The notes beneath the pieces are model-generated. The model was not told where the DNA came from, made no database searches, and saw only the letters and a list, made by a program, of their open reading frames with translations. Positions 14,001 to 25,500 of a DNA stretch of 64,000 bases are shown piece by piece. Every line of letters starts with the position of its first letter. The first letter of the stretch is position 1. Origin of the DNA: Gordius albopunctatus (lineage: Eukaryota); contig OZ193909.1 in NCBI GenBank assembly GCA_964276515.1, forward strand, positions 5,766,001-5,830,000, written 5' to 3'. The translations under genes were made by a program, and so were the position numbers.

Positions 14001-17000
14001 TTTATTGAGAAAAACGTTATTTCGGGGCTATTTGTAGCCTTGAAAAAGTCTTTTATTTTGTGCATAAAAATTTTTTGGCTGATTATTTTGTATTAATTAA
14101 TTTTACGACTAAATTATAGTGTCTAACAAAAAAAATTATTAAGTATATATAAATATAAAAAATAGTTCAAATAAATTATCATTTGTTTGATAGAATAAAT
14201 GCATGTGTATTAAAAATATGCTGCCATCTACATTGTGTTATATTTTTATAACACATTTTTCAAATTACCTCCCTATCTATGGTATTCTGTGATATACACA
14301 CCTTGTATTTTTTAATAGTTCTTTTATGGACAAAGAGGGATAATTGTATGGATTTTATGTATTTTAGATTGTATAAATAGTAAGACAGCCTGGCGACACC
14401 AAAAATAAATTTACTATTTTTATATCTTAATTAAGAATTCCTCATTTAAGCATCATAAACTTCATATTTAAGTCAATCGAGATAAAATTTTTAAGCAATT
14501 ACCTCAGGTTGACCTGAGGTGCACCTGACCTAAGGTTTTCCCCACCACTAGCTATGACTAGTCCCGGGCATTTTTGTTTTTTTAACTTAATTTGTAAGAA
14601 AACTATTACTTATTTTCCTCTAAATTTTTGGTTCCTATAGTAAAATTCTAACAAAAAAATGGAAAAATATTTTTTAGTTTTTTAGAACGCGATTTAATTT
14701 TTTATGGATAGATTAAAACATTTATACTCTCGGAGAAAATATCTTTTTAAGCCTTGACATATTTAACCCTTTAAATAGCATCTATATAGCTTCTTTTATA
14801 ATCTAATATATAATTCGTAACTTGCTAAATTTAAATTAATTATATTAATATGTACATTTAGTTCTAAGCCTAGATTTTGGACTTGTAAATAGCTTAGCTC
14901 AATTTATTCATATCTCATATTTTCTGCATTTCTTTGCCTTTGGGGCTAAAGGTGACGACGACATGGGGAGAAGTTACGTATACACGGACGATTCAAATCG
15001 ATCCTCTGCCATACTGCTGAAGGAGGGTAAAAATGGGTATAGGGATCCTGGGACAACGGACGACGAAATTCCCCATCACAAGTAATTTAGACTTCACTAA
15101 CGCATTCATTTGTAATGAAATTAGCGAGGACTCGCCCTATGACCTGGCTTAAAATTAGGTAATAGGAAGTGGCACATTTCTCTTTATACCAGTTGCTTGG
15201 GTAGCCTTATGAAATTGTTTAGTCAAAAAAATTAAAAAAGGCGTATTGTAAATATCTTAATCCATTTATGAAACGATTTTAATTAGCGGCTATAACCTTA
15301 ATTTATTTACAACATCTGAGAAATTAAAGGTAGCGCGCCTAAGCTTGAAAATAAGGCATGAGAGACGTAATTAAGTTTTAACATCAACTTATTTTTTATG
15401 GGGGTAGTCAGGGTAAGCAGGAGTCCTTAAAATTTATTATTATGACTTAAATTTCGAAAAATTATCATCCCTCTAGTTTCAAACTTGGCTACGGTGATGG
15501 TAGTTACTCTAACAATTTTCACATTTTCAGCTCGTGCGATTACCAAGATAGCCCGCGGCTATTCCCTAACCTTCCCCGTTCCTCCCTCAACAACGGCCAC
15601 AACCACACGTTTAGGCCGAAGCAGAGATACGAAGGTGGGAATGGGGACGATTTTGAGGAAGAAGAAGAGGGCGGTATCATGGTTAGCGAGATGCCCGATC
15701 GACAAATTTGTAATAGATACTATCCTCCCTCCTCCTCCTCTTCACACCACACCAACTCGAACCCTAGCCCCAAAGGTAAGATCCATTACACTTTTTGCCA
15801 TTCCTTACCAGCTTAAAAGTTTTTGCGGTGTCTAGCTCTCGAAATTGACAAGCATATTAGGATCGGTACCAGGGGGCACGGAGGGACAGCTGCCCCCTCT
15901 GTCCAAATATTTGTTTAAATTTATTAAAATTAGGGCTAAAATTTCAAAAAATGAATGCCCCCCTCTGATTCCATACGCCCATGATCGGTACTAACGTATA
16001 AATGCATTAAGGTTTATATCTCCTAAAGATGTTAAAATTGCAGCCTGCCTATTATGCTTTTAACATAGTATTTTGGAAATTTGTACAAGATTCTTTCTAT
16101 AATTTAGCATCAGGGTGAATAAACATATCAACGATCGAAATTATTAAAAGTTTGATAACGAGGGTGCTGTCATTCTAACAAACATTTCTTAGGTCAAAAT
16201 CTTGATTTTTAACGCTCGGGATAATATTAATGCTATTATTATTAATTGCTATGCAATTTATGGGCTCGTTTTTGGTTGTCCGTCCGTCCGTCCACCAAGT
16301 TATTTACACCAGCTTCCCGACCTGGAGGTTGCGGGTTCGAGACCCGGAGAGGACAAATTTTTTTTTTTTTTTAATTAAATTAATATTTTGTTCTTGTTAA
16401 TACCATTGATAATATGACTTTTTGACCGTCCGCAGGCTACTGACCAATGAAAAAATGACCACTGGCCAGATAAATCGAAATTTTTAATTTTTCGTTTTTG
16501 AATAGTTTAACATTGATAATTACCCTATGCCCTCCCCTACAAGGGCCTATGGCTCTATTTATATGGTTCCCTGTTCCCCTCCAAAGGCTTATGCCTCTAT
16601 TTAATGTGGGTTCGAATCCCGGAGAGGGCAAAATTTTTATTTTTTTAATTAATTTAATATTTTGTTCTTGTTAATACCCTTGATAATATGACTTTTTGAC
16701 CGTCCGCTGGCTACTGACCAATGAAAAAATGAACATTGGCAAAATAAATCCTAATTTTTCGTTTTTCCTTTTTGAATAGGTTAACATTGATAATTGAAAA
16801 AAATTACCATTGGCCAAATAAATCGAAATTTTTTGTTCGTTTTTGAATAGGTTAACATTGATAATTACCCTATACTTTTTAATAATTGCTATGCAATTTA
16901 TCTAGTTTTTGGGTTAGAATCCCGGAGTTTTTTTTGACTCTTATGATTGTTCTTGTTACTATCATTGATAATAAGACTTTTTGGCCGTCCGCTGGCTGCT

Positions 17001-20000
17001 GACCAATGGAATAAAATAACCATTGGCCAAAATGTGATTCGAAAACTTTTTTTCCGTTTTTTTTTGACTATTATGAATTTATATCCACTTTTACCGTGTC
17101 CTGGCTGCTGACCAATGGAAAAAATGACCTTTGGCCAAAATGTGATTCGAAAATTTTTTTTTCGTTTTTTTTCTCTTATGAATTTATATCCACTTTTACC
17201 GTGTGCTGGCTGCTGACCAATGGAAAAAATGACCTTTGGCCAAAATGTGATTCGAAAATTTTTTCCCGTTTTTTTTACTCTTATGAATTTATATCCACTT
17301 TTACCGTGTGCTGGCTGCTGACCAATGGAAAAAATGACCTTTGGCCAAAATGTGATTCGAAAATTTTTTTTCCGTTTTTTTTACTCTTATGAATTTATAT
17401 CCACTTTTACCGTGTGCTGGCTGCTGACCAATGGAAAAAATGACCTTTGGCCAAAATGTGATTCGAAAATTTTTTTTCCGTTTTTTTTACTCTTATGAAT
17501 TTATATCCACTTTTACCGTGTGCTGGCTGCTGACCAATGGAAAAAATGACCTTTGGCCAAAATGTGATTCGAAAATTTTTTTTCCGTTTTTTTTGACTAT
17601 TATGATTGTTCCTGTTTCTACCATTGCTATTATGACTTTTTGGCCGTCCGCTGGCTGCTGACCAATGGAATAAAATAACCATTGGCCAAAATGTGATTCG
17701 AAAACTTTTTTTTCGTTTTTTTTGAGTATTATGAATTTATATCCACTTTTACCGTGTCCTGGCTGCTGACCAATGGAAAAAATGACCTTTGGCCAAAATG
17801 TGATTCGAAAATTTTTTTTTAGTTTTTTTTACTCTTATGAATTTATATCCACTTTTACCGTGTGCTGGCTGCTGACCAATGGGAAAAAATGACCATTGGC
17901 CAAAGTGAGCATCAAAATTTTTTTTCCATTTTTTTGGCTATCATTGACTTATAGAGTATCTGTTGGTACTGACCAATGCAGAAGAAATGACCATTTGCCA
18001 AATTTTTGATTTTTTTAATTAAAAATTTTCAAATTCAACAAAAAATTTCTCCCAACAATTCTGCAAATTCTTAACATTGCGGTGTTTTATAATATAATGT
18101 TTGTTAGACCCATAATCACTAGAGGCCATAAAAACTAATGTAATATTTTTATTTATTCTCAAATGTGATATTTTGTTCATGATTGTTTTTTGCGTGTGCT
18201 AGTGTTTAGGTTTTCAACATTAATATTCTTTCATATACATTTTTACACATTGAATTATTTATTTTAAAGATTACTATATTTTGTTTTTTTGTGTTCTTGC
18301 ATAAAATTAGGTTTTGTCTTTCATTTATCTACATTATTAATTGTTTATTAAAATAGGGGTCGGGGCTAGTCGGAGAGGGGCTATTGCTAGCCATTTTTCA
18401 TTGCGTTTTACAAATGGCATGATAAAAAGAAAAAATAATCATATTACATTTGCATTTTCTACATTTTTTATAAATAAACAATCTTTTTATTGATATGAGT
18501 TAGCCTACACTAAAAAAAGTGAAAACTTCAGAGTTAATTTATGGGCTATGACTAACCCCGGGCACTTTTAAAAAATTTAGGATTTCCATTTTTTTTGAAT
18601 TTATTTTGTGAAAAAGTTATTACTTATTTCCCTCCAAATTTTCTTCCTATATTAAAAATAGTCTTTAAAAATAGACAAGTAAAAATTTGTCTACCTAAAT
18701 ATAAATTAATACAACTGTTTCCCGTAGAATTTAACTAACCATAAAGCTTCCCCTTCGCTCCCCCCTTTATGATATTTGGCATATACACTTATTTAGTGCT
18801 TCACCTTCGTTTTGCAATATTCACGTAAGTATTTCCATAAATTGCATAGCAAATATGATACATTTATACGGAGTGTAGATGAGTTCCCCCTTCCTTCCCC
18901 TCCTCCCCTTCCCCCTTCCCACGAGGGCCGAAGGCCCGAGTTTGATTCATTCGTTTCGAAACCGTCACGTCTTTCACAACTTTCTCAATTGTTTTCGGGG
19001 TTCAAGCAATGTTAATCATTCAAAATTATGCTACCTTTACTAGTTTTCTAGAGACTTTTTAATTTTGAATTTAGCATCTTGGAGGGATCCGGACGTAGCG
19101 GAAGTAATAGAATACCTTACTAGCCCCGACACCACAATTAAAGCTAACGCAGCCGCTTACTTGCAGCATTTGTGCTACCACGACGATCGGATGAAATCTA
19201 TAGCCGGGTAAAAAGGGCTTTACTGTTATTCCATCGGATTCGGTCAATAATTCTGGCGTTCAGATTGCACTATTTATAGTTTGATTATGACCATTATGGT
19301 AACCGCTGAAGATGATCCAACGAAATACTACGAAAATTGTCTTATCTGAAGTCCGAGTGAATGTAGTTATTGCTAACAGTTTGCCTGAATTGTTTAGGCA
19401 GGACTTGGTTTTGGACGAAATTTGTATCGAATGAACCAACCCTTAGCTAGGTCAAGCCAAAATGCAACAACTAATTAAAACCTTTAGTCGAAGCATGCTT
19501 GCATCTTTTAAATTTCAAGAACTGAGGTATAAACCTCAATTTGGTTTATTTATTAGGAAAGTTTGGAAAATGTTGCGCCTTTGCTATTAATTGCGTCGCG
19601 TTACTAGAAATTTGTGGAGTTTTTAATGTGCTAATAATAATTTGCATCTTACGGATAGAAAATTGGGAGCGGTTCCTACCTTGATCGAAATGCTCAGCAG
19701 TAACATTCCCGAGGTTCAGAGGAACGCTTGTGGTGCTCTGCGCAACATGGCCTACGGTCGTGCCAACGAACAAAACAAGGTATAAATTGGCCCGCTATTT
19801 CTATCTTCTACAAATTTTTATCGGCGCAGTAGAAAAACGTATTTTGTAAAAAGGACTGGATTTTGTTTGGGGTAGACCTCCTCCTTTGGTTCAATAAGAC
19901 TAAGGATCGAGCCTGTTCTCTTTTTTGGATTCAGACTAAAACCACGTCTACCAAATAAAACCCATCCGCTTTTACACTTCATTTAACGCAAGGATTTGAC

Positions 20001-21132
20001 ACTATGATCAATGAGTTGTAGGTAGAAAAAACAGTGAATTAATGGTGGCGCTTGAAATGAAAGAAATTTGTTGAAATAATTGGCAGGGCAGTAGCCATAT
20101 CTGAACCAGGAATCTTTTTAAATTTCTAACTTAATTTTGTTATATCTATAAAAATTTTCAGGCTAAATTCATAATATAATAATAGATGGCAATTTTTGTT
20201 TGAATATTGGCTTCGCGCCGCCCACTGGTTCCGAATTTTTTTACCTTTCATTCATACGCCAGATCAATTTTTTTAATTTTAAATTCAGAAACTTATACTG
20301 GATTACAACGGAATACCTGCTTTGATATCTATTTTTAAACGTACCCCCGATGAAAATTTGAGAGAAGTCATTAGCGGACTGCTCTGGAATATGTCTTCTT
20401 ACGAGGTAAATAAAATACCCTAACTGATTAAATGATCAAATAGTTTTTAGATGCTTTAATGATGTGTTTCAATACTTATTTTCGACTCATCAAATGAATA
20501 TGTCTGTTTGTTTTTAGGCTAAATGAAACCAATGAAAAAAATGTGGTTAAAATATTCTGAAATTACGCAAATTACCATAGTTTTATAAAAATAACTTAGG
20601 AATCTATCTAACTTGACGATTGAAATTTCATACTACTAATTAAAAGACTAATTTAAGGACAATAACCATAATTTTATCCATAAATAATTTGAGTCTGTTT
20701 TATTTCAAAGTCCTCTTTAAATGTTTAATACATAAAAAGTATGCCCAAATTCGTTCACTTATCGATATTGAACCTCACGGCTTGTTTGCGATATTTTGTG
20801 GATTGCGGAGCCTTTATAATTTGCATATCTCGATTGATTGTTCAAAGTTTTTCTCGTTCTTAATATTGACTACTATATCCTCTTTTTCCTTGTTAAACAT
20901 ATTTGCCCCGCCACCCCACAGTAACTAACTTAACCCTATGGATGTTTATGTGGCAAGTTAATAATTTATTTTTTTATTTGTAGGATATCAAAAGGCCCCT
21001 GCTAGAAACGTGCCTCAAAACCTTTAACGAGTCCGTGATCGTGCCTCAGAGGGAAGTGTTTGAAGCGGATAAAGGCGATCTACGTCCCGTCCCTTGGTCA
21101 ACCATCTTTCGAAACGTCATGGGGATCATTAG
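5053..21132 (+). CDS. p120-catenin / delta-catenin (CTNND/ARVCF/PKP4 family), 5' part, exons 1-13; interrupted by the assembly gap
   Basis: Phase-consistent GT-AG exons: 5053-5274, 5692-5817 (ELVERKTQQRTTQQ), 8431-8589 (VTKVTKVYTTRRYE), 11580-11757, 12424-12525, 13229-13492, 14952-15081, 15531-15775, 18879-19010, 19075-19207 ([27 protein letters not shown]), 19659-19779 ([15 protein letters not shown]), 20289-20405 (GLLWNMSS), 20984-21132 ([12 protein letters not shown]). These match p120-family ARM repeats. The start at 5053 is tentative (acceptor at 4993, in-frame stop upstream); more upstream exons could lie outside the window. Confidence 0.88.
5839..7830 (+). mobile_element. Decayed piggyBac DNA transposon (1992 bp) in catenin intron 2
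   Basis: TTAA at 5835-5838 and 7831-7834. 13-bp TIRs CCCATTACCGCCC / GGGCGTTAAAGGG (2 mismatches). Subterminal GTACAC-N-TGTACA motifs near 5856, 6200 and 7683. Transposase remnants lie inside. Confidence 0.93.
6304..7658 (+). pseudogene. piggyBac (PGBD2/3-like) transposase, frameshifted and internally deleted
   Basis: Fragments in several frames: YFGRHSAKQFIMGKPVRFGYK, VYFDNLFT, HWKDNNVV, YNKRMGGVDQMDQ, KKWWW and the Cys-rich tail CVICHNRGRWRCVLCEKTFC. The first catalytic DE motif is not recognisable. Confidence 0.92.
8784..8941. mobile_element. hAT-like MITE, same family
   Basis: CATGGGC-TAAGCCA...TGGCTACAACACCCATG termini; flanks GGGTCGTG / GGGTCGGT. Confidence 0.65.
9497..9822 (+). promoter_or_regulatory. 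Candidate internal promoter / alternative first exon region of the catenin gene
   Basis: Locally GC-richer island with AAAATG at 9497, GTGAGT donors at 9524 and 9652, TATATAAAAG at 9587-9596 and a DR1-type GGGTCAAAGTTCAAAGTCTA at 9803-9822. Confidence 0.42.
10477..11524. mobile_element. Longer or composite member of the same MITE family; contains the duplication breakpoint (10663)
   Basis: Starts CATGGGCGTAGCCAG with repeated TTAGGGGGGGGGGC motifs; 11455-11524 is similar to 8850-8920. No intact right terminus or TSD was found. Confidence 0.5.
13840..14740. mobile_element. Probable non-autonomous DNA-transposon remnant; related copy at about 18354-18730
   Basis: TAGGGGAGACCGAGGCTAGTCG resembles TAGGGGTCGGGGCTAGTCG (18354). 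14551-14740 is similar to 18545-18730. Inverted CTAGTCGTAGC / GCTATGACTAG motifs. Ends are uncertain. Confidence 0.45.
15870..15983. mobile_element. Short hAT-like MITE with perfect 8-bp TSD (also at +7618, +25369, +43120)
   Basis: ATCGGTAC at 15862-15869 and 15984-15991 flanks CAGGGGGC...TACGCCCATG. Confidence 0.72.
16243..18085 (+). mobile_element. Helentron-associated / DINE-1-like non-autonomous element with central tandem repeats
   Basis: 5' palindrome AATTGCTATGCAATT, then (GTCC)n at about 16277-16293, a central ~105-bp tandem array, and a 3' hairpin CTGCAA..TTGCGG (18061-18082) before a T-run. No TSD. Confidence 0.62.
16990..17905. repeat. ~105-bp tandem repeat, about 9 units
   Basis: Unit CTGGCTGCTGACCAATGGAAAAAATGACCTTTGGCCAAAATGTGATTCGAAAA(T)nCCG(T)nACTCTTATGAATTTATATCCACTTTTACCGTGTG; degenerate units near 16435, 16707 and 17970. 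Confidence 0.95.
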
Positions 21133-21817
21133 GTGACATCGATGCCGTCAATTTATATTTCAAGATTTCATTGGGTTTTCTAAATAACCCAACGTAGCAG
21201 AATTTGAATTAATGATTTAGAAAGTGTCTATAAAGAATTTTTAGATTTTTATTTTTAAAAAAAAGATATAAATAAAATTAAGAGTTAGACTAGCATTTAG
21301 TGGCCTTTGAATGTTATCTCGGAATAGCTTAGCTCAGAGAGGGGAAAATATGTTTAACAATAACGTATTTTTGTGAAACACTTTTCTACAAATTAAAAAA
21401 TTACGATTATATTTGTTAAGTTTAAGTCGTCGAAGCACTTGACATCTGACCTCACATAATTTTGTATTTGCATCTGTTTACTAAATGCAAAAAAATATGG
21501 CATAAGCGACGTAACATGGTTGCCTAAAAAATTGTAATCTAAAAAGAGCTCTCTATACCAAATAATATTTTTAAATAAATTGCCGTTATATTTTTGCCTT
21601 TAAGGTTCATAAGGCGATGAACCACGGGCAAGGTTTTTTCCTTTATGGCTCGATTTTTTAATTTAAATGTGTAAGTTGCCATTCAAAGCCATTTAATAAG
21701 CCCTGGTAGAAGTATTATAATTACTGACGGCTTGACTGTGCTCATCCTATATAAAGTAAAGGTGCATAACTTAAAGGTCCCCATATTTAATTTTCTTATT
21801 ACCCTCAGATTGAGATG

Positions 21818-22017
21818 NNNNNNNNNNNNNNNNNNNNNNNNNNNNNNNNNNNNNNNNNNNNNNNNNNNNNNNNNNNNNNNNNNNNNNNNNNNNNNNNNNN
21901 NNNNNNNNNNNNNNNNNNNNNNNNNNNNNNNNNNNNNNNNNNNNNNNNNNNNNNNNNNNNNNNNNNNNNNNNNNNNNNNNNNNNNNNNNNNNNNNNNNNN
22001 NNNNNNNNNNNNNNNNN
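21818..22017. other. Assembly gap (200 N)
   Basis: Exactly 200 N; 14400-21817 recurs at 22018-29435 (offset 7618). Confidence 0.99.
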
Positions 22018-22569
22018 CAAAAATAAATTTACTATTTTTATATCTTAATTAAGAATTCCTCATTTAAGCATCATAAACTTCATATTTAAGTCAATCGAGA
22101 TAAAATTTTTAAGCAATTACCTCAGGTTGACCTGAGGTGCACCTGACCTAAGGTTTTCCCCACCACTAGCTATGACTAGTCCCGGGCATTTTTGTTTTTT
22201 TAACTTAATTTGTAAGAAAACTATTACTTATTTTCCTCTAAATTTTTGGTTCCTATAGTAAAATTCTAACAAAAAAATGGAAAAATATTTTTTAGTTTTT
22301 TAGAACGCGATTTAATTTTTTATGGATAGATTAAAACATTTATACTCTCGGAGAAAATATCTTTTTAAGCCTTGACATATTTAACCCTTTAAATAGCATC
22401 TATATAGCTTCTTTTATAATCTAATATATAATTCGTAACTTGCTAAATTTAAATTAATTATATTAATATGTACATTTAGTTCTAAGCCTAGATTTTGGAC
22501 TTGTAAATAGCTTAGCTCAATTTATTCATATCTCATATTTTCTGCATTTCTTTGCCTTTGGGGCTAAAG

Positions 22570-25500
22570 GTGACGACGACATGGGGAGAAGTTACGTATA
22601 CACGGACGATTCAAATCGATCCTCTGCCATACTGCTGAAGGAGGGTAAAAATGGGTATAGGGATCCTGGGACAACGGACGACGAAATTCCCCATCACAAG
22701 TAATTTAGACTTCACTAACGCATTCATTTGTAATGAAATTAGCGAGGACTCGCCCTATGACCTGGCTTAAAATTAGGTAATAGGAAGTGGCACATTTCTC
22801 TTTATACCAGTTGCTTGGGTAGCCTTATGAAATTGTTTAGTCAAAAAAATTAAAAAAGGCGTATTGTAAATATCTTAATCCATTTATGAAACGATTTTAA
22901 TTAGCGGCTATAACCTTAATTTATTTACAACATCTGAGAAATTAAAGGTAGCGCGCCTAAGCTTGAAAATAAGGCATGAGAGACGTAATTAAGTTTTAAC
23001 ATCAACTTATTTTTTATGGGGGTAGTCAGGGTAAGCAGGAGTCCTTAAAATTTATTATTATGACTTAAATTTCGAAAAATTATCATCCCTCTAGTTTCAA
23101 ACTTGGCTACGGTGATGGTAGTTACTCTAACAATTTTCACATTTTCAGCTCGTGCGATTACCAAGATAGCCCGCGGCTATTCCCTAACCTTCCCCGTTCC
23201 TCCCTCAACAACGGCCACAACCACACGTTTAGGCCGAAGCAGAGATACGAAGGTGGGAATGGGGACGATTTTGAGGAAGAAGAAGAGGGCGGTATCATGG
23301 TTAGCGAGATGCCCGATCGACAAATTTGTAATAGATACTATCCTCCCTCCTCCTCCTCTTCACACCACACCAACTCGAACCCTAGCCCCAAAGGTAAGAT
23401 CCATTACACTTTTTGCCATTCCTTACCAGCTTAAAAGTTTTTGCGGTGTCTAGCTCTCGAAATTGACAAGCATATTAGGATCGGTACCAGGGGGCACGGA
23501 GGGACAGCTGCCCCCTCTGTCCAAATATTTGTTTAAATTTATTAAAATTAGGGCTAAAATTTCAAAAAATGAATGCCCCCCTCTGATTCCATACGCCCAT
23601 GATCGGTACTAACGTATAAATGCATTAAGGTTTATATCTCCTAAAGATGTTAAAATTGCAGCCTGCCTATTATGCTTTTAACATAGTATTTTGGAAATTT
23701 GTACAAGATTCTTTCTATAATTTAGCATCAGGGTGAATAAACATATCAACGATCGAAATTATTAAAAGTTTGATAACGAGGGTGCTGTCATTCTAACAAA
23801 CATTTCTTAGGTCAAAATCTTGATTTTTAACGCTCGGGATAATATTAATGCTATTATTATTAATTGCTATGCAATTTATGGGCTCGTTTTTGGTTGTCCG
23901 TCCGTCCGTCCACCAAGTTATTTACACCAGCTTCCCGACCTGGAGGTTGCGGGTTCGAGACCCGGAGAGGACAAATTTTTTTTTTTTTTTAATTAAATTA
24001 ATATTTTGTTCTTGTTAATACCATTGATAATATGACTTTTTGACCGTCCGCAGGCTACTGACCAATGAAAAAATGACCACTGGCCAGATAAATCGAAATT
24101 TTTAATTTTTCGTTTTTGAATAGTTTAACATTGATAATTACCCTATGCCCTCCCCTACAAGGGCCTATGGCTCTATTTATATGGTTCCCTGTTCCCCTCC
24201 AAAGGCTTATGCCTCTATTTAATGTGGGTTCGAATCCCGGAGAGGGCAAAATTTTTATTTTTTTAATTAATTTAATATTTTGTTCTTGTTAATACCCTTG
24301 ATAATATGACTTTTTGACCGTCCGCTGGCTACTGACCAATGAAAAAATGAACATTGGCAAAATAAATCCTAATTTTTCGTTTTTCCTTTTTGAATAGGTT
24401 AACATTGATAATTGAAAAAAATTACCATTGGCCAAATAAATCGAAATTTTTTGTTCGTTTTTGAATAGGTTAACATTGATAATTACCCTATACTTTTTAA
24501 TAATTGCTATGCAATTTATCTAGTTTTTGGGTTAGAATCCCGGAGTTTTTTTTGACTCTTATGATTGTTCTTGTTACTATCATTGATAATAAGACTTTTT
24601 GGCCGTCCGCTGGCTGCTGACCAATGGAATAAAATAACCATTGGCCAAAATGTGATTCGAAAACTTTTTTTCCGTTTTTTTTTGACTATTATGAATTTAT
24701 ATCCACTTTTACCGTGTCCTGGCTGCTGACCAATGGAAAAAATGACCTTTGGCCAAAATGTGATTCGAAAATTTTTTTTTCGTTTTTTTTCTCTTATGAA
24801 TTTATATCCACTTTTACCGTGTGCTGGCTGCTGACCAATGGAAAAAATGACCTTTGGCCAAAATGTGATTCGAAAATTTTTTCCCGTTTTTTTTACTCTT
24901 ATGAATTTATATCCACTTTTACCGTGTGCTGGCTGCTGACCAATGGAAAAAATGACCTTTGGCCAAAATGTGATTCGAAAATTTTTTTTCCGTTTTTTTT
25001 ACTCTTATGAATTTATATCCACTTTTACCGTGTGCTGGCTGCTGACCAATGGAAAAAATGACCTTTGGCCAAAATGTGATTCGAAAATTTTTTTTCCGTT
25101 TTTTTTACTCTTATGAATTTATATCCACTTTTACCGTGTGCTGGCTGCTGACCAATGGAAAAAATGACCTTTGGCCAAAATGTGATTCGAAAATTTTTTT
25201 TCCGTTTTTTTTGACTATTATGATTGTTCCTGTTTCTACCATTGCTATTATGACTTTTTGGCCGTCCGCTGGCTGCTGACCAATGGAATAAAATAACCAT
25301 TGGCCAAAATGTGATTCGAAAACTTTTTTTTCGTTTTTTTTGAGTATTATGAATTTATATCCACTTTTACCGTGTCCTGGCTGCTGACCAATGGAAAAAA
25401 TGACCTTTGGCCAAAATGTGATTCGAAAATTTTTTTTTAGTTTTTTTTACTCTTATGAATTTATATCCACTTTTACCGTGTGCTGGCTGCTGACCAATGG

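Noticed and set aside
12752..14520. Small hairpins at 12752-12782 and 14501-14520
   Set aside because: Short intronic palindromes with no supporting context; bacterial terminator logic does not apply.
15485..15835. 116-aa ORF MATVMVV... (and its copies)
   Set aside because: Shadow frame; the splice-consistent exon 15531-15775 uses a different frame.
16310..16355. tRNA gene
   Set aside because: Only a T-arm-like part is recognisable; there is no convincing D-arm or acceptor stem.
16990..17905. CRISPR-like array or repetitive protein ORFs ([17 protein letters not shown])
   Set aside because: Whole units repeat with no unique spacers, there are no cas genes, the context is a eukaryotic intron, and variable T-runs break the frames.
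21732..22052. ORFs spanning X residues
   Set aside because: Artefacts of the N gap.
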